Assembly (NCBI GenBank): GCA_045643205.1
Contig: JAZUKI010000005.1
Coordinates: 9,433 to 73,432, forward strand
Length of the DNA: 64,000 nt
Direction of reading: 5' to 3'
Origin: Clostridia bacterium
GTDB lineage: Bacteria; Bacillota; Clostridia; TANB77; CAG-508
The notes under the pieces are model-generated. The model was not told the origin of the DNA and searched no databases. It was given only the letters and a program-made list of their open reading frames with translations. Both the position numbers and the translations under genes were made by a program. Positions 63,656 to 64,000 of this stretch are shown piece by piece; within the stretch, counting starts at the first letter, position 1; every line of letters starts with the position of its first letter.

Positions 63656-63737
63656 CTATAATATTAATAAATATGTATATGTTTTTCATAAATATTAATA
63701 TTTATAATATCTAATAAAAAAATTTTTTAACAAAAAT

Positions 63738-63769
63738 AAAAACCTTGAAGATTAACTTCAAGGTTTTTT
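63738..63769 (-). terminator. Terminator of the rRNA operon
   Basis: AAAAACCTTGAAG/CTTCAAGGTTTTT hairpin directly after tRNA-Asn. Confidence 0.88.
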
Positions 63770-63776
63770 CGAGTTT

Positions 63777-63852
63777 TGGCTCCCCGTGCTGGACTCGAAC
63801 CGGCGACCTATCGGTTAACAGCCGAGCGCTCTACCAACTGAGCTAACGGGGA
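63777..63852 (-). tRNA. tRNA-Asn(GTT)
   Basis: Minus strand TCCCCGTTAGCTCAGTTGGTAGAGCGCTCGGCTGTTAACCGATAGGTCGCCGGTTCGAGTCCAGCACGGGGAGCCA, 76 nt. Confidence 0.97.
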
Positions 63853-63858
63853 ATATAA

Positions 63859-63974
63859 ACTGGCGATACCTATTTTCCAAGCAGGGTAACCCACAAGTAT
63901 CGTCGGCTCACTAAGGCTTGACTTCCGTGTTCGGGATGGGAACGGGTATTTCCCTTAGTAAAATCATCACCAGA
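63859..63974 (-). rRNA. rrf: 5S rRNA
   Basis: Minus strand CTGGTG...ACCCGTTCCCATCCCGAACACGGAAGTCAAG...GCCGACGATACT...TCGCCAG; terminal helix closes; ~116 nt. Confidence 0.95.
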
Positions 63975-64000
63975 AATGTTTAGTGTACCTAAGCACACTC

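Overview
64 kb of chromosome from a very AT-rich Firmicute. Gene content and protein style point to Clostridia, possibly a reduced-genome gut lineage (inference). Every credible CDS is on the minus strand, as are a 5S rRNA and tRNA-Asn at the right edge (the 3' end of an rRNA operon); only tRNA-Leu at the left edge is on +. Housekeeping genes include rny, T-box-controlled thrS, pgi, hrcA-grpE-dnaK-dnaJ with two CIRCE-like sites, radA, ftsK, the S10-spc-alpha ribosomal cluster (rpmD/L30 absent from its usual slot), metG, rpiA, trmL and cell-envelope genes. Two small genes missed by the ORF track were added: rpmJ and a 2[4Fe-4S] ferredoxin. No transposase, integrase, phage gene or CRISPR array is seen. 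Most interesting: (1) an orphan cassette upstream of radA with an HExxH metallopeptidase-like protein next to an apparent catalytically dead paralog; (2) a dockerin-bearing SH3b/glucosaminidase cell-wall hydrolase next to a membrane-anchored beta-sandwich protein that may be its cohesin-like anchor; (3) an orphan gene bracketed by a perfect 14-bp inverted repeat between its promoter and terminator; (4) extra segments in L22, L23 and L17 together with missing L30; (5) recurrent intergenic copies of gene 3' ends. All protein calls are by eye from motifs; no database searches were run.
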